Shown here: one piece after another, positions 49,708-62,067 of the stretch
Layout of the letters: every line of letters begins with the position of its first letter
Numbering within the stretch: position 1 is the first letter of the stretch
NCBI GenBank assembly: GCA_951406725.2
Contig: OX597823.1
Location: forward strand, 10,850,001-10,914,000
DNA: 64,000 nt
Reading direction: 5' to 3'
Source of the DNA: Octopus vulgaris
Lineage: Eukaryota
Notes under the pieces: generated by a model
The model's input: the letters and a program-made list of their open reading frames with translations, nothing else
The model's database searches: none
Told to the model about the DNA's origin: nothing
Translations under genes and position numbers: made by a program

Positions 49708-50706
49708 AGTTAGCCGATATGGAAGGGAATATAGCGACTGCTCTTTATTGTCGGAGGGAGATTAGCACAAACGGTCAGCGGCTGCTGTGAAAAAAAAGGT
49801 GGGCATAATCAAAATTAATTATTAGTGTCTGAAGCAGAATTTTGTCTGCTACAATCTATATATGCACCAAGCGCCTGCATAAGGTCGACTTTCATCTTTT
49901 GGGGCTCGATGAATTAAGTACCAATTGTACACTGGGCCCGATGTAATTGACTAGCTCCTTTCCTCAAATTTCAATTTTTTGCCTCTAGTTGAAAGGATTA
50001 TTGTCGAAAAAAACCAAGGTGAAAATTACTTAGCGGCACGTCGTCCATATTTACGTTCTGAGTTCAGATTCCGTCAAGGTTGACTTTGCCTTTCATGCTC
50101 CCGAGTTCGAGGGAATAAGCTTTGTGCCTGTAGTAAAAGGATTATTATCAGAAAGACGTCAACCCAAAGAAAACAATATGAACGGGTTCCAGTACAAATG
50201 CTAATTTATAAATATACACATGGTATACAATTATATATAAACGCACACAGACACACACACACATATTCATACATACATTCATGCATACAAAGATACATAT
50301 ATATATACATACACACGCACATACATACACATACATACACACATACACTCAGACACACACACACACACACACCTGCACATTCATACTCATACATGCATAT
50401 GCAGGCGTATATCAAATGAATATGTGAGTAGAGGTGGGTGAGTGGTTGTAAAATTGCTCTATATAAAAGATGTGTGAGTGTGTGTGTGTGTGTATGGAAA
50501 ATAAAATAAATTATCATTTAAATAAGGATACATATATAATTTTCTTTCAAGAAAACTTCAATAAGAAAATCGATAAAAATAGTACAGGAATTCTATGAAG
50601 GCAGACGAGAAATATGAAGACAGAACCAAAAGCAACCATTCTATATTTGTTATATAACAGATAATTGTATAGTATCTACGAGGATATATGTTTGTCTAAG
50701 TGTGGT

Positions 50707-50741
<35 letters not shown>

Positions 50742-50743
50742 TT

Positions 50744-50995
50744 GTGTGGAGGCGCGTGGCTCAGTGGTTAGGGTGTCAGCATCATGATCGTAAGATTGTG
50801 GTTTCGCTTCCTGGACCGGGCGACGCGTTGTGTTCTGGAGCAAAACACTTCATTTCACGTTGCTCCAGTTCACTCAGCTGGCAAAAAAGAATAACGCTGC
50901 GATGGACTGGCGTCCCGTACACCTGGGAAACACATACGCCATTGAAACCGGGAAACCGGGCTCATGAGCCTGGCTGGCTAGGCTTTAAAAGAGCG
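50744..50995 (+). mobile_element. tRNA-headed SINE (group C relative) with CORE-like and V-like modules
   Basis: TGGCTCAGTGG A box, GGTTTCGCTTCC B-box-like, GTTGTGTTCTGGAGCAAAACACTT and CTGCGATGGACTGGCGTCCCGT modules (module names from memory). Confidence 0.7.
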
Positions 50996-51047
<52 letters not shown>

Positions 51048-51195
51048 TCAATAAATGGTGGGGTTGTGTTGACCGCACGTGGAGAAATGATAAGTAAGGA
51101 AAAATTTTTTTTTTAAAATACAGAATGCTCAAAGGAAAGAAAAATTTTAATAATAATAAAATGAGAAAATGATAAAATATATAAATATATATATT

Positions 51196-51236
51196 TATTC
51201 AACCGGTTTTCGTCAATGTATGACTTGTCAAGAATA
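51196..51236 (-). ncRNA. Variant hammerhead-like motif in PLE 3' end (left copy)
   Basis: Exact mirror of 56737-56777. Confidence 0.55.
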
Positions 51237-51871
51237 TTTATGTTTTAAGAAGTTTTTTTAAAAATTAGAAAGGGGAAAAAAAGAAAATTGCAATGTTTTT
51301 TGTAAAAGAATAATGATAAAAATGTACAAAAATTAAAAAACAAGTTCTCCGATACATTGTGAGTTCGTTGTGTATCTTGAGTTTTATGGTTGTTTACCAA
51401 AAAATTACCTTGAGGTGTTAAGATCCAAAGGGATTAAGAGCATGTGATGTGTTGTGTTGTTAAATTCAGCATGTTGCAGGACAGGAAGTAGTAGTAATTG
51501 TGGTCCTGGTTCTTCAGTTCCTGTGTTGTGAGTAAGGGGAGACAACTCTTTTGAGTTCTTCAATAAAACCCAAATTATAAAACTATCATTTTAGCTTCAT
51601 TTGCATTATCTTTTTTATATAATTGCTTGTTAACTTAACTTTCAGATTTTAACACTTTATTTATATTATTTTCTAATAATATAAAACTGCATAGACAATT
51701 GCATTTCAAATTGTCATATCATTTATAATAAAAATGATAGTAGTAACAACAACAATAGTGAAAATGATATTTAAAGAATATAAGTTTTAGCTTGAAGTGG
51801 TGAATGCATGGTATCTTTATATATTTGTGTTAGTCCATCCATGAAGAGTGAGGTAGAGAAAGGAAGTTTGA

Positions 51872-53071
51872 TCAACGAGGAGTTTGCATATTAAGTTGTG
51901 TTTGGAATTTTTCAATAAAGAGATTCTCCTTGTTAATTCTCTCCTGTGTGGTGATCCCGTCTTTACATTGGTAGAAGGGGAATATATAGAATTTGGGGTT
52001 TAAGTCTTTAGCACATGAGTCTAAGTGGTCACTCAGTGGAATTTGTCGGTATTCCGGGAGATTTATTTGTTCTTTATGCACCGTTACTCGTTTACGTAAC
52101 GGGAGACTCGTTTGTCCCACATAATTATGTTGGCAACCAGCGCATGTGAGAACGTAGATAAGGTTCTCGGAGGAACAGGAGAAGTTAGTCTTGATTTTAA
52201 ACTTCGTACCTTGTTTGAAGGTAAATTCAGAGCCTTCAAGTAGAAAGGGGCAGGTACCACAGTTTGAGCGTGCACATTTTTTTACTGTTGGGGGTGGATG
52301 TGGTGTGTGAAGTTTGGCATTTGTCAAGAGTTTTTTTAAAGATTTGTGTTGCCTTTTGCATTTGAGGATTTTGTGTGTATTTATAATGTTTTTCATTTTT
52401 GGGTCTGTTGACAGTAGACTGAGGTTTTGTATGATTGTGGTGTATGCTTCGATATTTTTGGGGTTGTGGGTGGAAATGTATGGAAGTATTTTGAGGTTGT
52501 GTGTGGTGTTAGGTTGGGTGGTTATCAGTGTAGTGTTGTCTAGTTCTTTGGCGCGTTTTATTCCATACTCTATAAGGGTGGAGGGATATTGACGTTGTAA
52601 TAGTGTTTTTTTGAGGTCTTGAAGGCGTATTTCTCGTGTTTTTGGATCCGAGACAATGGTGCATACCCTTTTAGCTAAATTGAAAGGGATATTTGTCTTG
52701 GTGTGTTTTGGGTGGCATGAACTAAAGAGGAGGTATTGTTGTGAGTCTGTAGGTTTGTGGTAGATGTCTGTTATGATTTGGTTCTTAGGTGTTTTTATAA
52801 TTAGGAGATCAAGGAATGGGAGGTGATGTTTGCTAAATTCCATAGTGAATTGGATGTTGGGATGTATGTTGTTTAGTATGGTTTTGAATTCCAGGAGTTT
52901 TTCATAAGGTTCTTTCCATATGATGAAACAATCATCTAAATACCTTTTCCAGTTTTCCATTAGGTAGGTGTGGAAAACATGTCCAAATTTCTGGCTTGAT
53001 ATTTCATAGAGTGACAGTTCGAAGTAACCCATTATGAGGTTCGCAAGGACTGGTGCAGCCTTGGTACCCAT
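51872..53071 (-). CDS. PLE ORF C-terminal part: RT palm/thumb, Cys linker, GIY-YIG endonuclease
   Basis: MG..AP..ANL, WKRYLDDCF, PFLDLLI, CARSNCGTC, NLIYVLTCAGCQHNYVGQT; 399 aa, identical in protein to the + copy. Confidence 0.92.
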   Translation of the reverse strand: MGTKAAPVLANLIMGYFELSLYEISSQKFGHVFHTYLMENWKRYLDDCFIIWKEPYEKLLEFKTILNNIHPNIQFTMEFSKHHLPFLDLLIIKTPKNQIITDIYHKPTDSQQYLLFSSCHPKHTKTNIPFNLAKRVCTIVSDPKTREIRLQDLKKTLLQRQYPSTLIEYGIKRAKELDNTTLITTQPNTTHNLKILPYISTHNPKNIEAYTTIIQNLSLLSTDPKMKNIINTHKILKCKRQHKSLKKLLTNAKLHTPHPPPTVKKCARSNCGTCPFLLEGSEFTFKQGTKFKIKTNFSCSSENLIYVLTCAGCQHNYVGQTSLPLRKRVTVHKEQINLPEYRQIPLSDHLDSCAKDLNPKFYIFPFYQCKDGITTQERINKENLFIEKFQTQLNMQTPR

Positions 53072-53940
53072 CGCAATGCCACATTTTGACGGTAGTGTGT
53101 GTCGTCGAAGAGAAAAAAATTGTTTGTCAGAATGAACTTAAGAGATTCTGTAATAAAAGACTTGTTAATGCGGTCAGGGAATGTCTCTGGGTGTTTTTCT
53201 AGCCAGAAGTCAATTGCCTCTATACCATACTCATGTGGAATGTTGGTGTAGAGGTTGATGACATCAAAGGATACCAGGAGTGCCTCCTCGTTAACTGTTT
53301 TCGGGAGGTGTTTGAGCATGTCCAGATCATCCCTAATGAAACTTTTGATGTGGGTAAGGAAAGGTTTCAAAAGGATGTCTAGGAAGTTACTCAGGCGGTG
53401 TGTTTCACAGGAGGTACCAGCCACGATGGGCCTTAGTTTTAGGTCCTCCGGTGCTTTGATGTTGATGTGGATGTCAGTGGAGAGTTTGCAGGCTTCGGTG
53501 ATGTATTTGTTTTTATGGATTTTAGGAAGGCCATAAAAAAGGCTGGGCTTGCATTTGAAAATGGTGATATAATCCCTTTCTTTTTCTGTGAGTCCCTGAC
53601 CGTGTTGGCGTATGAGTGTGGTGAGGTTTCTGATTGTTTTTTGCTGTTTGTAGTTGTTAATAACCTCATAGAAAATGTTATTGTTAAGCATGGAGAACAC
53701 TAGGTGTTTATAAAATTCCGTGTCCATAAGGACCACAGCACTCCCTTTGTCCGCTTCTTTGATGGTGAGGTTTTTATCCAGTTGTATGTCACGTAGGTTT
53801 TCCCATTCTTCCTTACTGAAATTGGATTTTACCTTGGTTTTGCTTGGGGTAAAGGGGAGACTCTGGATGTGTTTACAGAAATCGTCCAGTGTTTTATTTC
53901 TCCCTTTTGGTGGTAGGAAGTTGCTTTTATTTCTGATCAA
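53032..53940 (-). CDS. PLE ORF N-terminal RT part (5'-truncated; frameshift at A-run 53084-53087)
   Basis: IKEADKG, FYGLPKIHK, LRPIV, SFDVINLYTNIP motifs. Confidence 0.9.
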   Translation of the reverse strand: MIRNKSNFLPPKGRNKTLDDFCKHIQSLPFTPSKTKVKSNFSKEEWENLRDIQLDKNLTIKEADKGSAVVLMDTEFYKHLVFSMLNNNIFYEVINNYKQQKTIRNLTTLIRQHGQGLTEKERDYITIFKCKPSLFYGLPKIHKNKYITEACKLSTDIHINIKAPEDLKLRPIVAGTSCETHRLSNFLDILLKPFLTHIKSFIRDDLDMLKHLPKTVNEEALLVSFDVINLYTNIPHEYGIEAIDFWLEKHPETFPDRINKSFITESLKFILTNNFFLFDDTHYRQNVALRWVPRLHQSLRTS

Positions 53941-54941
53941 GAACACCCAAGGTCAAGGAAGACGTTTCTGAATTCTGCAGAAAACTTCGCCTAACAGAAG
54001 CTTTGACAGATATCAACAATGGGGACGACTCATTGATCAGAAATAAAAGCAACTTCCTACCACCAAAAGGGAGAAATAAAACACTGGACGATTTCTGTAA
54101 ACACATCCAGAGTCTCCCCTTTACCCCAAGCAAAACCAAGGTAAAATCCAATTTCAGTAAGGAAGAATGGGAAAACCTACGTGACATACAACTGGATAAA
54201 AACCTCACCATCAAAGAAGCGGACAAAGGGAGTGCTGTGGTCCTTATGGACACGGAATTTTATAAACACCTAGTGTTCTCCATGCTTAACAATAACATTT
54301 TCTATGAGGTTATTAACAACTACAAACAGCAAAAAACAATCAGAAACCTCACCACACTCATACGCCAACACGGTCAGGGACTCACAGAAAAAGAAAGGGA
54401 TTATATCACCATTTTCAAATGCAAGCCCAGCCTTTTTTATGGCCTTCCTAAAATCCATAAAAACAAATACATCACCGAAGCCTGCAAACTCTCCACTGAC
54501 ATCCACATCAACATCAAAGCACCGGAGGACCTAAAACTAAGGCCCATCGTGGCTGGTACCTCCTGTGAAACACACCGCCTGAGTAACTTCCTAGACATCC
54601 TTTTGAAACCTTTCCTTACCCACATCAAAAGTTTCATTAGGGATGATCTGGACATGCTCAAACACCTCCCGAAAACAGTTAACGAGGAGGCACTCCTGGT
54701 ATCCTTTGATGTCATCAACCTCTACACCAACATTCCACATGAGTATGGTATAGAGGCAATTGACTTCTGGCTAGAAAAACACCCAGAGACATTCCCTGAC
54801 CGCATTAACAAGTCTTTTATTACAGAATCTCTTAAGTTCATTCTGACAAACAATTTTTTCTCTTCGACGACACACACTACCGTCAAAAATGTGGCATTGC
54901 GATGGGTACCAAGGCTGCACCAGTCCTTGCGAACCTCATAA
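53940..54941 (+). CDS. PLE ORF N-terminal RT part (5'-truncated; frameshift at T-run 54854-54859)
   Basis: Frame open from the junction: RTPKVKEDVSEFCRKLRLTE..., then IKEADKG, FYGLPKIHK, LRPIV, SFDVINLYTNIP. Confidence 0.9.
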   Translation, partial: RTPKVKEDVSEFCRKLRLTEALTDINNGDDSLIRNKSNFLPPKGRNKTLDDFCKHIQSLPFTPSKTKVKSNFSKEEWENLRDIQLDKNLTIKEADKGSAVVLMDTEFYKHLVFSMLNNNIFYEVINNYKQQKTIRNLTTLIRQHGQGLTEKERDYITIFKCKPSLFYGLPKIHKNKYITEACKLSTDIHINIKAPEDLKLRPIVAGTSCETHRLSNFLDILLKPFLTHIKSFIRDDLDMLKHLPKTVNEEALLVSFDVINLYTNIPHEYGIEAIDFWLEKHPETFPDRINKSFITESLKFILTNNFFSSTTHTTVKNVALRWVPRLHQSLRTS

Positions 54942-56101
54942 TGGGTTACTTCGAACTGTCACTCTATGAAATATCAAGCCAGAAATTTGGACATGTTTTC
55001 CATACCTACCTAATGGAAAACTGGAAAAGGTATTTAGATGATTGTTTCATCATATGGAAAGAACCTTATGAAAAACTCCTGGAATTCAAAACCATACTAA
55101 ACAACATACATCCCAACATCCAATTCACTATGGAATTTAGCAAACATCACCTCCCATTCCTTGATCTCCTAATTATAAAAACACCTAAGAACCAAATCAT
55201 AACAGACATCTACCACAAACCTACAGACTCACAACAATACCTCCTCTTTAGTTCATGCCACCCAAAACACACCAAGACAAATATCCCTTTCAATTTAGCT
55301 AAAAGGGTATGCACCATTGTCTCGGATCCAAAAACACGAGAAATACGCCTTCAAGACCTCAAAAAAACACTATTACAACGTCAATATCCCTCCACCCTTA
55401 TAGAGTATGGAATAAAACGCGCCAAAGAACTAGACAACACTACACTGATAACCACCCAACCTAACACCACACACAACCTCAAAATACTTCCATACATTTC
55501 CACCCACAACCCCAAAAATATCGAAGCATACACCACAATCATACAAAACCTCAGTCTACTGTCAACAGACCCAAAAATGAAAAACATTATAAATACACAC
55601 AAAATCCTCAAATGCAAAAGGCAACACAAATCTTTAAAAAAACTCTTGACAAATGCCAAACTTCACACACCACATCCACCCCCAACAGTAAAAAAATGTG
55701 CACGCTCAAACTGTGGTACCTGCCCCTTTCTACTTGAAGGCTCTGAATTTACCTTCAAACAAGGTACGAAGTTTAAAATCAAGACTAACTTCTCCTGTTC
55801 CTCCGAGAACCTTATCTACGTTCTCACATGCGCTGGTTGCCAACATAATTATGTGGGACAAACGAGTCTCCCGTTACGTAAACGAGTAACGGTGCATAAA
55901 GAACAAATAAATCTCCCGGAATACCGACAAATTCCACTGAGTGACCACTTAGACTCATGTGCTAAAGACTTAAACCCCAAATTCTATATATTCCCCTTCT
56001 ACCAATGTAAAGACGGGATCACCACACAGGAGAGAATTAACAAGGAGAATCTCTTTATTGAAAAATTCCAAACACAACTTAATATGCAAACTCCTCGTTG
56101 A
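54902..56101 (+). CDS. PLE ORF C-terminal part: RT palm/thumb, Cys linker, GIY-YIG endonuclease
   Basis: YLDD catalytic motif; CxxxxCxxC linker typical of the Neptune clade; LIY-x10-YVG GIY-YIG with CxxC; conserved R, H, E, LN. Confidence 0.92.
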   Translation: MGTKAAPVLANLIMGYFELSLYEISSQKFGHVFHTYLMENWKRYLDDCFIIWKEPYEKLLEFKTILNNIHPNIQFTMEFSKHHLPFLDLLIIKTPKNQIITDIYHKPTDSQQYLLFSSCHPKHTKTNIPFNLAKRVCTIVSDPKTREIRLQDLKKTLLQRQYPSTLIEYGIKRAKELDNTTLITTQPNTTHNLKILPYISTHNPKNIEAYTTIIQNLSLLSTDPKMKNIINTHKILKCKRQHKSLKKLLTNAKLHTPHPPPTVKKCARSNCGTCPFLLEGSEFTFKQGTKFKIKTNFSCSSENLIYVLTCAGCQHNYVGQTSLPLRKRVTVHKEQINLPEYRQIPLSDHLDSCAKDLNPKFYIFPFYQCKDGITTQERINKENLFIEKFQTQLNMQTPR

Positions 56102-56736
56102 TCAAACTTCCTTTCTCTACCTCACTCTTCATGGATGGACTAACACAAATATATAAAGATACCATGCATTCACCACTTCAAGCTAAAACTTATATTCTTT
56201 AAATATCATTTTCACTATTGTTGTTGTTACTACTATCATTTTTATTATAAATGATATGACAATTTGAAATGCAATTGTCTATGCAGTTTTATATTATTAG
56301 AAAATAATATAAATAAAGTGTTAAAATCTGAAAGTTAAGTTAACAAGCAATTATATAAAAAAGATAATGCAAATGAAGCTAAAATGATAGTTTTATAATT
56401 TGGGTTTTATTGAAGAACTCAAAAGAGTTGTCTCCCCTTACTCACAACACAGGAACTGAAGAACCAGGACCACAATTACTACTACTTCCTGTCCTGCAAC
56501 ATGCTGAATTTAACAACACAACACATCACATGCTCTTAATCCCTTTGGATCTTAACACCTCAAGGTAATTTTTTGGTAAACAACCATAAAACTCAAGATA
56601 CACAACGAACTCACAATGTATCGGAGAACTTATTTTTTAATTTTTGTACATTTTTATCATTATTCTTTTACAAAAAACATTGCAATTTTCTTTTTTTCCC
56701 CTTTCTAATTTTTAAAAAAACTTCTTAAAACATAAA

Positions 56737-56777
56737 TATTCTTGACAAGTCATACATTGACGAAAACCGGTTGAATA
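56737..56777 (+). ncRNA. Variant hammerhead-like motif in PLE 3' end (right copy)
   Basis: TATTC-TTGACAA-GTCA(tacat)TGAC-GAAA-ACCGG-TT-GAATA: helix I TATTC/GAATA, U3-A8 instead of C3-G8, palindrome AACCGGTT, one extra A. Confidence 0.55.
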
Positions 56778-56888
56778 AATATATATATTTATATATTTTA
56801 TCATTTTCTCATTTTATTATTATTAAAATTTTTCTTTCATTTGAGCATTCTGCATTTAAAAAAAAAAAAAAAAAAATTTTTCCTTACT

Positions 56889-56948
<60 letters not shown>

Positions 56949-56980
56949 TGTATGTATGTATGTATGTATGTATGTATATA

Positions 56981-57011
<31 letters not shown>

Positions 57012-57168
57012 GTATATATATATATATATCATTGCCTATCTATCTGGCTATCTGTCTTTCTCTGTTTCTGCGTGCATATATGTCGAATATATTTGCGCAC
57101 ATATTTGTGTGAATATCGTGTGGTTTACATACGCATATACATATAACTATATATAATAGTGACTCACG

Positions 57169-57205
<37 letters not shown>

Positions 57206-58050
57206 TCACTCACACGCTCACACACATAGATCTAAATAAGAATACTCCAAAGAGCATGTATGTACGTATGTATAATATTCAATGTGTTTGATAAACAAAG
57301 AGTTTCACATCTAAATTGGTTTAGTCTTGTTGTTTCGAAACACTTCAAACCTGGAAGGTTAATGGTAACAATCGTAATTTTCTTCTTGTTTCTGTTGCTG
57401 CTGTACCTTCGTTTTGTATGTTACTATTGTTATTAGAGGTGGGCTGGGGCGAAAAACAAAAGAAAGATTAGTAAAAATTGAATCTGTATTGACCGTTTTC
57501 AATCATCAATGAGAAAGATAAATAGGAAATTGTGTGTGTGTGTGTGTGTGTGGGTTTGTACTATTTTTTTTACCTCCATTATTTTTTTAATTTCATGATT
57601 TAGCTGTCGGTGTTGGTGCAAGTGAAAGCACTTTTCATATCATTGTTGCTGCTGCTGCTGCTACTGCTGCTGCTGCTGCTGCTGTAGTTGTCGTCGTCGT
57701 TGTTATTATTGTTGATGTTTAGGTTTTGTATGTACGTGCGCGTGTGTTAGTAGTCTTTGTGTATGTGTGTGAGAAAGAGAAAGATGAGGATGTGTATGTG
57801 TATGTGTGTGTGTGTTGTTGCTTTTTTTTTGTTGTTTTTTTTTTTGGGGGGGGGGTGAGAAGGAAATGCTAGTCTTAGAATTGTTTACAGCTGTTCTGTG
57901 ATCTCTTGCAGAAATTGGTAAAGCAGAATTCCAGTGGCTGTTTATTCATCTCAGTTGAAATTATTGCTGTTTAATAGAGCAGCTATACTTTGAAAAATGC
58001 AAGAGAACAGCAACAACAACAACAACAACAATAATGACAATAATAATGAC

Positions 58051-58102
<52 letters not shown>

Positions 58103-58579
58103 GTAATAGCTTCTTAAAGATTTTTTTTTCAGTAAATTTAGCTCCATTAGTGTGAGAGGAATTTTTGCATTTGCGCATTTCCAGACTTTTAATCAAAAAC
58201 AAGGAAGTGGAGTTCAGACAATGAGAAGAGTTTTGATTCTCGGTTGTTGTTTTATCTTTCTTTTTGTTCTCTTTTTTCCTGCTGCTCCTGTAGCTGTTGT
58301 TGTTGTTGCTGTTGTTGTTATTGTTGTTATTGTTGTTAGTGGTAGTGGTATTGTAGCTGGCGCTGTTTTTCGTTTGCCCCAAGGTTACCCATGATTGTGC
58401 ACACATGATCAAATGTGGTCAAACTTTAAACATCCTGGTTTCTTTTGCTGAGCATTTTGCACCGAGTACGGAATTATCTACTAAGACCTTCATTTATAAA
58501 GTTACAGCTCTTGCTTATAAATGGATTTACTTGATATGTCTAGCAGATCAAGAAACTACATACATAGATATGTACATAC

Positions 58580-58820
58580 ATATTACAAGTTCAGGTTTAT
58601 CCCTGTAATTATTGGGTCACTGGGATATGTAACATACAGCCTAAGCATTAGGCTGCTCAAAATCAGAAAAGAGAAAGCAAATTCCAAGACCACAGATCTA
58701 GGCCATCACTGGAACTATAAAAATCTATAAAACTTTCCAGAAGTTTATCATTTAAGTGTATATCAACATGTCCTAGACATGCAGCTATATGCATGAGAAT
58801 ACATACATAAAACAAAATAT
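58580..58820 (+). pseudogene. 3' end relic of a restriction-like-endonuclease non-LTR element (R4/Dong-like)
   Basis: YKFRFIPVIIGSLGYVT...ITGTIKIYKTFQKF* resembles the IP.VIGALG...LLGT.KI C-terminus. Confidence 0.5.
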
Positions 58821-58862
58821 ACATACATACATACATAATACATACACCCACATGTATATATG

Positions 58863-58922
<60 letters not shown>

Positions 58923-58988
58923 TATATAAATATAGATATACACATACATATATATATATATGTATATATATATGCATAAATGTACATA

Positions 58989-59019
<31 letters not shown>

Positions 59020-59086
59020 GCATTCATGCATATATATACATATATATATGTATGTATATATATATATCTGTATATTTATATATGTT

Positions 59087-59160
<74 letters not shown>

Positions 59161-59509
59161 TATATGTATATAAAAGCGCACACACACGTATCTATGTATG
59201 TATGTATGTATATATATTCCAGAGATATACTTCTCTGACAAGTCATCTGATTTGAAACCACGTATTGAAACTAAAACAACAGCTACAGTGTGGAAGTCTC
59301 ATCAGTCATTTAAAATACATACTAAACTGTAAGAAGCATTGAAGCATTTAGAGAGTTCCACTATTTTCCTCACACTAGCTGGGACCTGGTCACTGACACC
59401 AAATAATAAATGTTTAAATGAAATTAACACCTTTAGTGTGTGCCTTTGAATGGCTAATACGTGTAACACACACACACACGCACACACACACATATATAGA
59501 AGAAGATTG

Positions 59510-59565
59510 CACAAGTGGGCTTCAGAACTCACAACAACTGTTGTGAGTTTTGAAGCCCACTTGTG
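59510..59565. repeat. 56-bp near-perfect hairpin
   Basis: CACAAGTGGGCTTCAGAACTCACAACA-ac-TGTTGTGAGTTTTGAAGCCCACTTGTG. Confidence 0.9.
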
Positions 59566-59736
59566 TTTTGCTTTTACACATACTCGACTAAAGGCGGTGC
59601 TCCAGCATGGCCGCAGTCAAATGACTGAAACAAGTAAAAGAGTAAAGAGAGAGTATACTCCACACATGGAAGCAAACCTGGATTGGATCTACAGCTTATA
59701 TTGGATTTGGCACCCATATATACATGTATATGTCAA

Positions 59737-59767
<31 letters not shown>

Positions 59768-59770
<3 letters not shown>

Positions 59771-60159
59771 CGTAGGAGTGGCTGTGTAGTAAGTAGCTTG
59801 CTTACCAGCCACATGGTTCCGGGTTCAGTCCCACTGCGTGGCAACTTCGGCAAGTGTCTTCTGCTATAGTCTCGGGACGACCAAAGCCTTCTGAGAAGAT
59901 TTGGTAGACGGAAACTGAAAGAAGCCTGTCGTATATATGTATATATGTACGTGTCTTTGTGTTTGTGTGTCTGTGTTTGTCCCCCCAACATCGCTTGACA
60001 ACCGATGCTGATGTATTTACGTCCCCGTAACTTAGCGGTTCGGCAAGAGAGACCTAGGCTTACAAGGAATAAGTCCTGAGGTCGACTTGCTCGACTAAAG
60101 GCGGTGCTCCGGCATGGCCACAGTCAAATGACTGAAACAAGTAAAAGAGTAAAAGAGTA
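59768..60159 (+). mobile_element. SINE family B
   Basis: Homology to 47897-48305; a separate tail fragment lies at 59582-59652. Confidence 0.85.
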
Positions 60160-60529
60160 TATATATGTACATAGATAAATGTGCGCGCGCGCATATGTGT
60201 GTACGTGCGTGTCTATGCGTGCATGTGTGTGTGTGAATATATGCAGTATACTACCATCATTCGGCTGCTAAGATTTGCTTTACAATATTGTGAGGGCGAT
60301 ACTAAGTACTCAGCCATTCTAATTCGAATGAATCCTGTAACTGATAAATACATAAATGTGTGTGCATGAGCGTGTGTGTGTGTGCGTGCGCGCGTTATTA
60401 CTTACACAGGCATTTGACGAAATGTTTTGGCTGTTGAGTTAACCGATTAAATTGACATTTATAATTGCATGTAATTTCATCAGATTAGTCCCGGAAGAAT
60501 ACAACGAGATTTGAACTTCGCAAACATAT

Positions 60530-60943
60530 AGGCGCAGGAGTGGCTGTGTGGTAAGTAGCTTGCTAACCAGCCACATGGTTCCGGGTTCAGTCCCACTGCG
60601 TGGCATCTTGGACAAGTGCCTTCTACTATAGCCAGCCTCGGGCCGACCAAAACCTTGTGAGTGGATTTGGTAGACGGAAACTGAAAGAGGCCTGTCGTAT
60701 ATATGTATATGTATATATATGTATGTGTGTGTTTGTGTGTCTGTGTTTGTCCCCCTAGCATTGCTTGACAACCGATGTTGGTGTTTTTACGTCCCTGTCA
60801 CTTAGCGGTTCGGCAAAAGAGACCGATAGAATAAGTACTGGGCCTACAAAGAATAAGCCCTGGGGTCGATTTGCTCGACTAAAGGCGGTGCTCCAGCATG
60901 GCCGCAGTCAAATGACTGACACAAGTAAAAGAGTAAAAGAGTA
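60530..60943 (+). mobile_element. SINE family B, full length
   Basis: Homology to 47897-48305. Confidence 0.88.
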
Positions 60944-61082
60944 TTTGAAAAGAGTCGTGAATACTGAAAATCATTTTGTTTGGATAGTTTAACTATTCTG
61001 CCACTTTCTTCAAAACATGTGAAACCAATTTCCGGATAAAGTGTATTGAAGCAAACTGACCACTTTACTGGAACACACTTTA

Positions 61083-62067
<985 letters not shown>

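Larger units (their letters stand above)
51090..56891. mobile_element. Penelope-like element (Neptune-type), two 5'-truncated copies head-to-head forming a 5.8-kb palindrome
   Basis: Arms 51090-53940 (-) and 54033-56891 (+) are near-identical. The 92-bp spacer is extra 5' coding sequence of the + copy. Both outer ends run into (TA)n. Confidence 0.95.

Noticed and set aside
53255-54718. Short alternative-frame and antisense ORFs within the PLE
   Set aside because: Shadows of the RT ORF, duplicated only because of the palindrome.
54850-54905. Programmed ribosomal frameshift between two PLE ORFs
   Set aside because: The two arms shift at different homopolymers inside a conserved RT motif, and GIY-YIG PLEs normally have one ORF.
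59230-59310. Minus-strand CTGATGA-GACTT hammerhead candidate
   Set aside because: No GAAA after the putative helix II.
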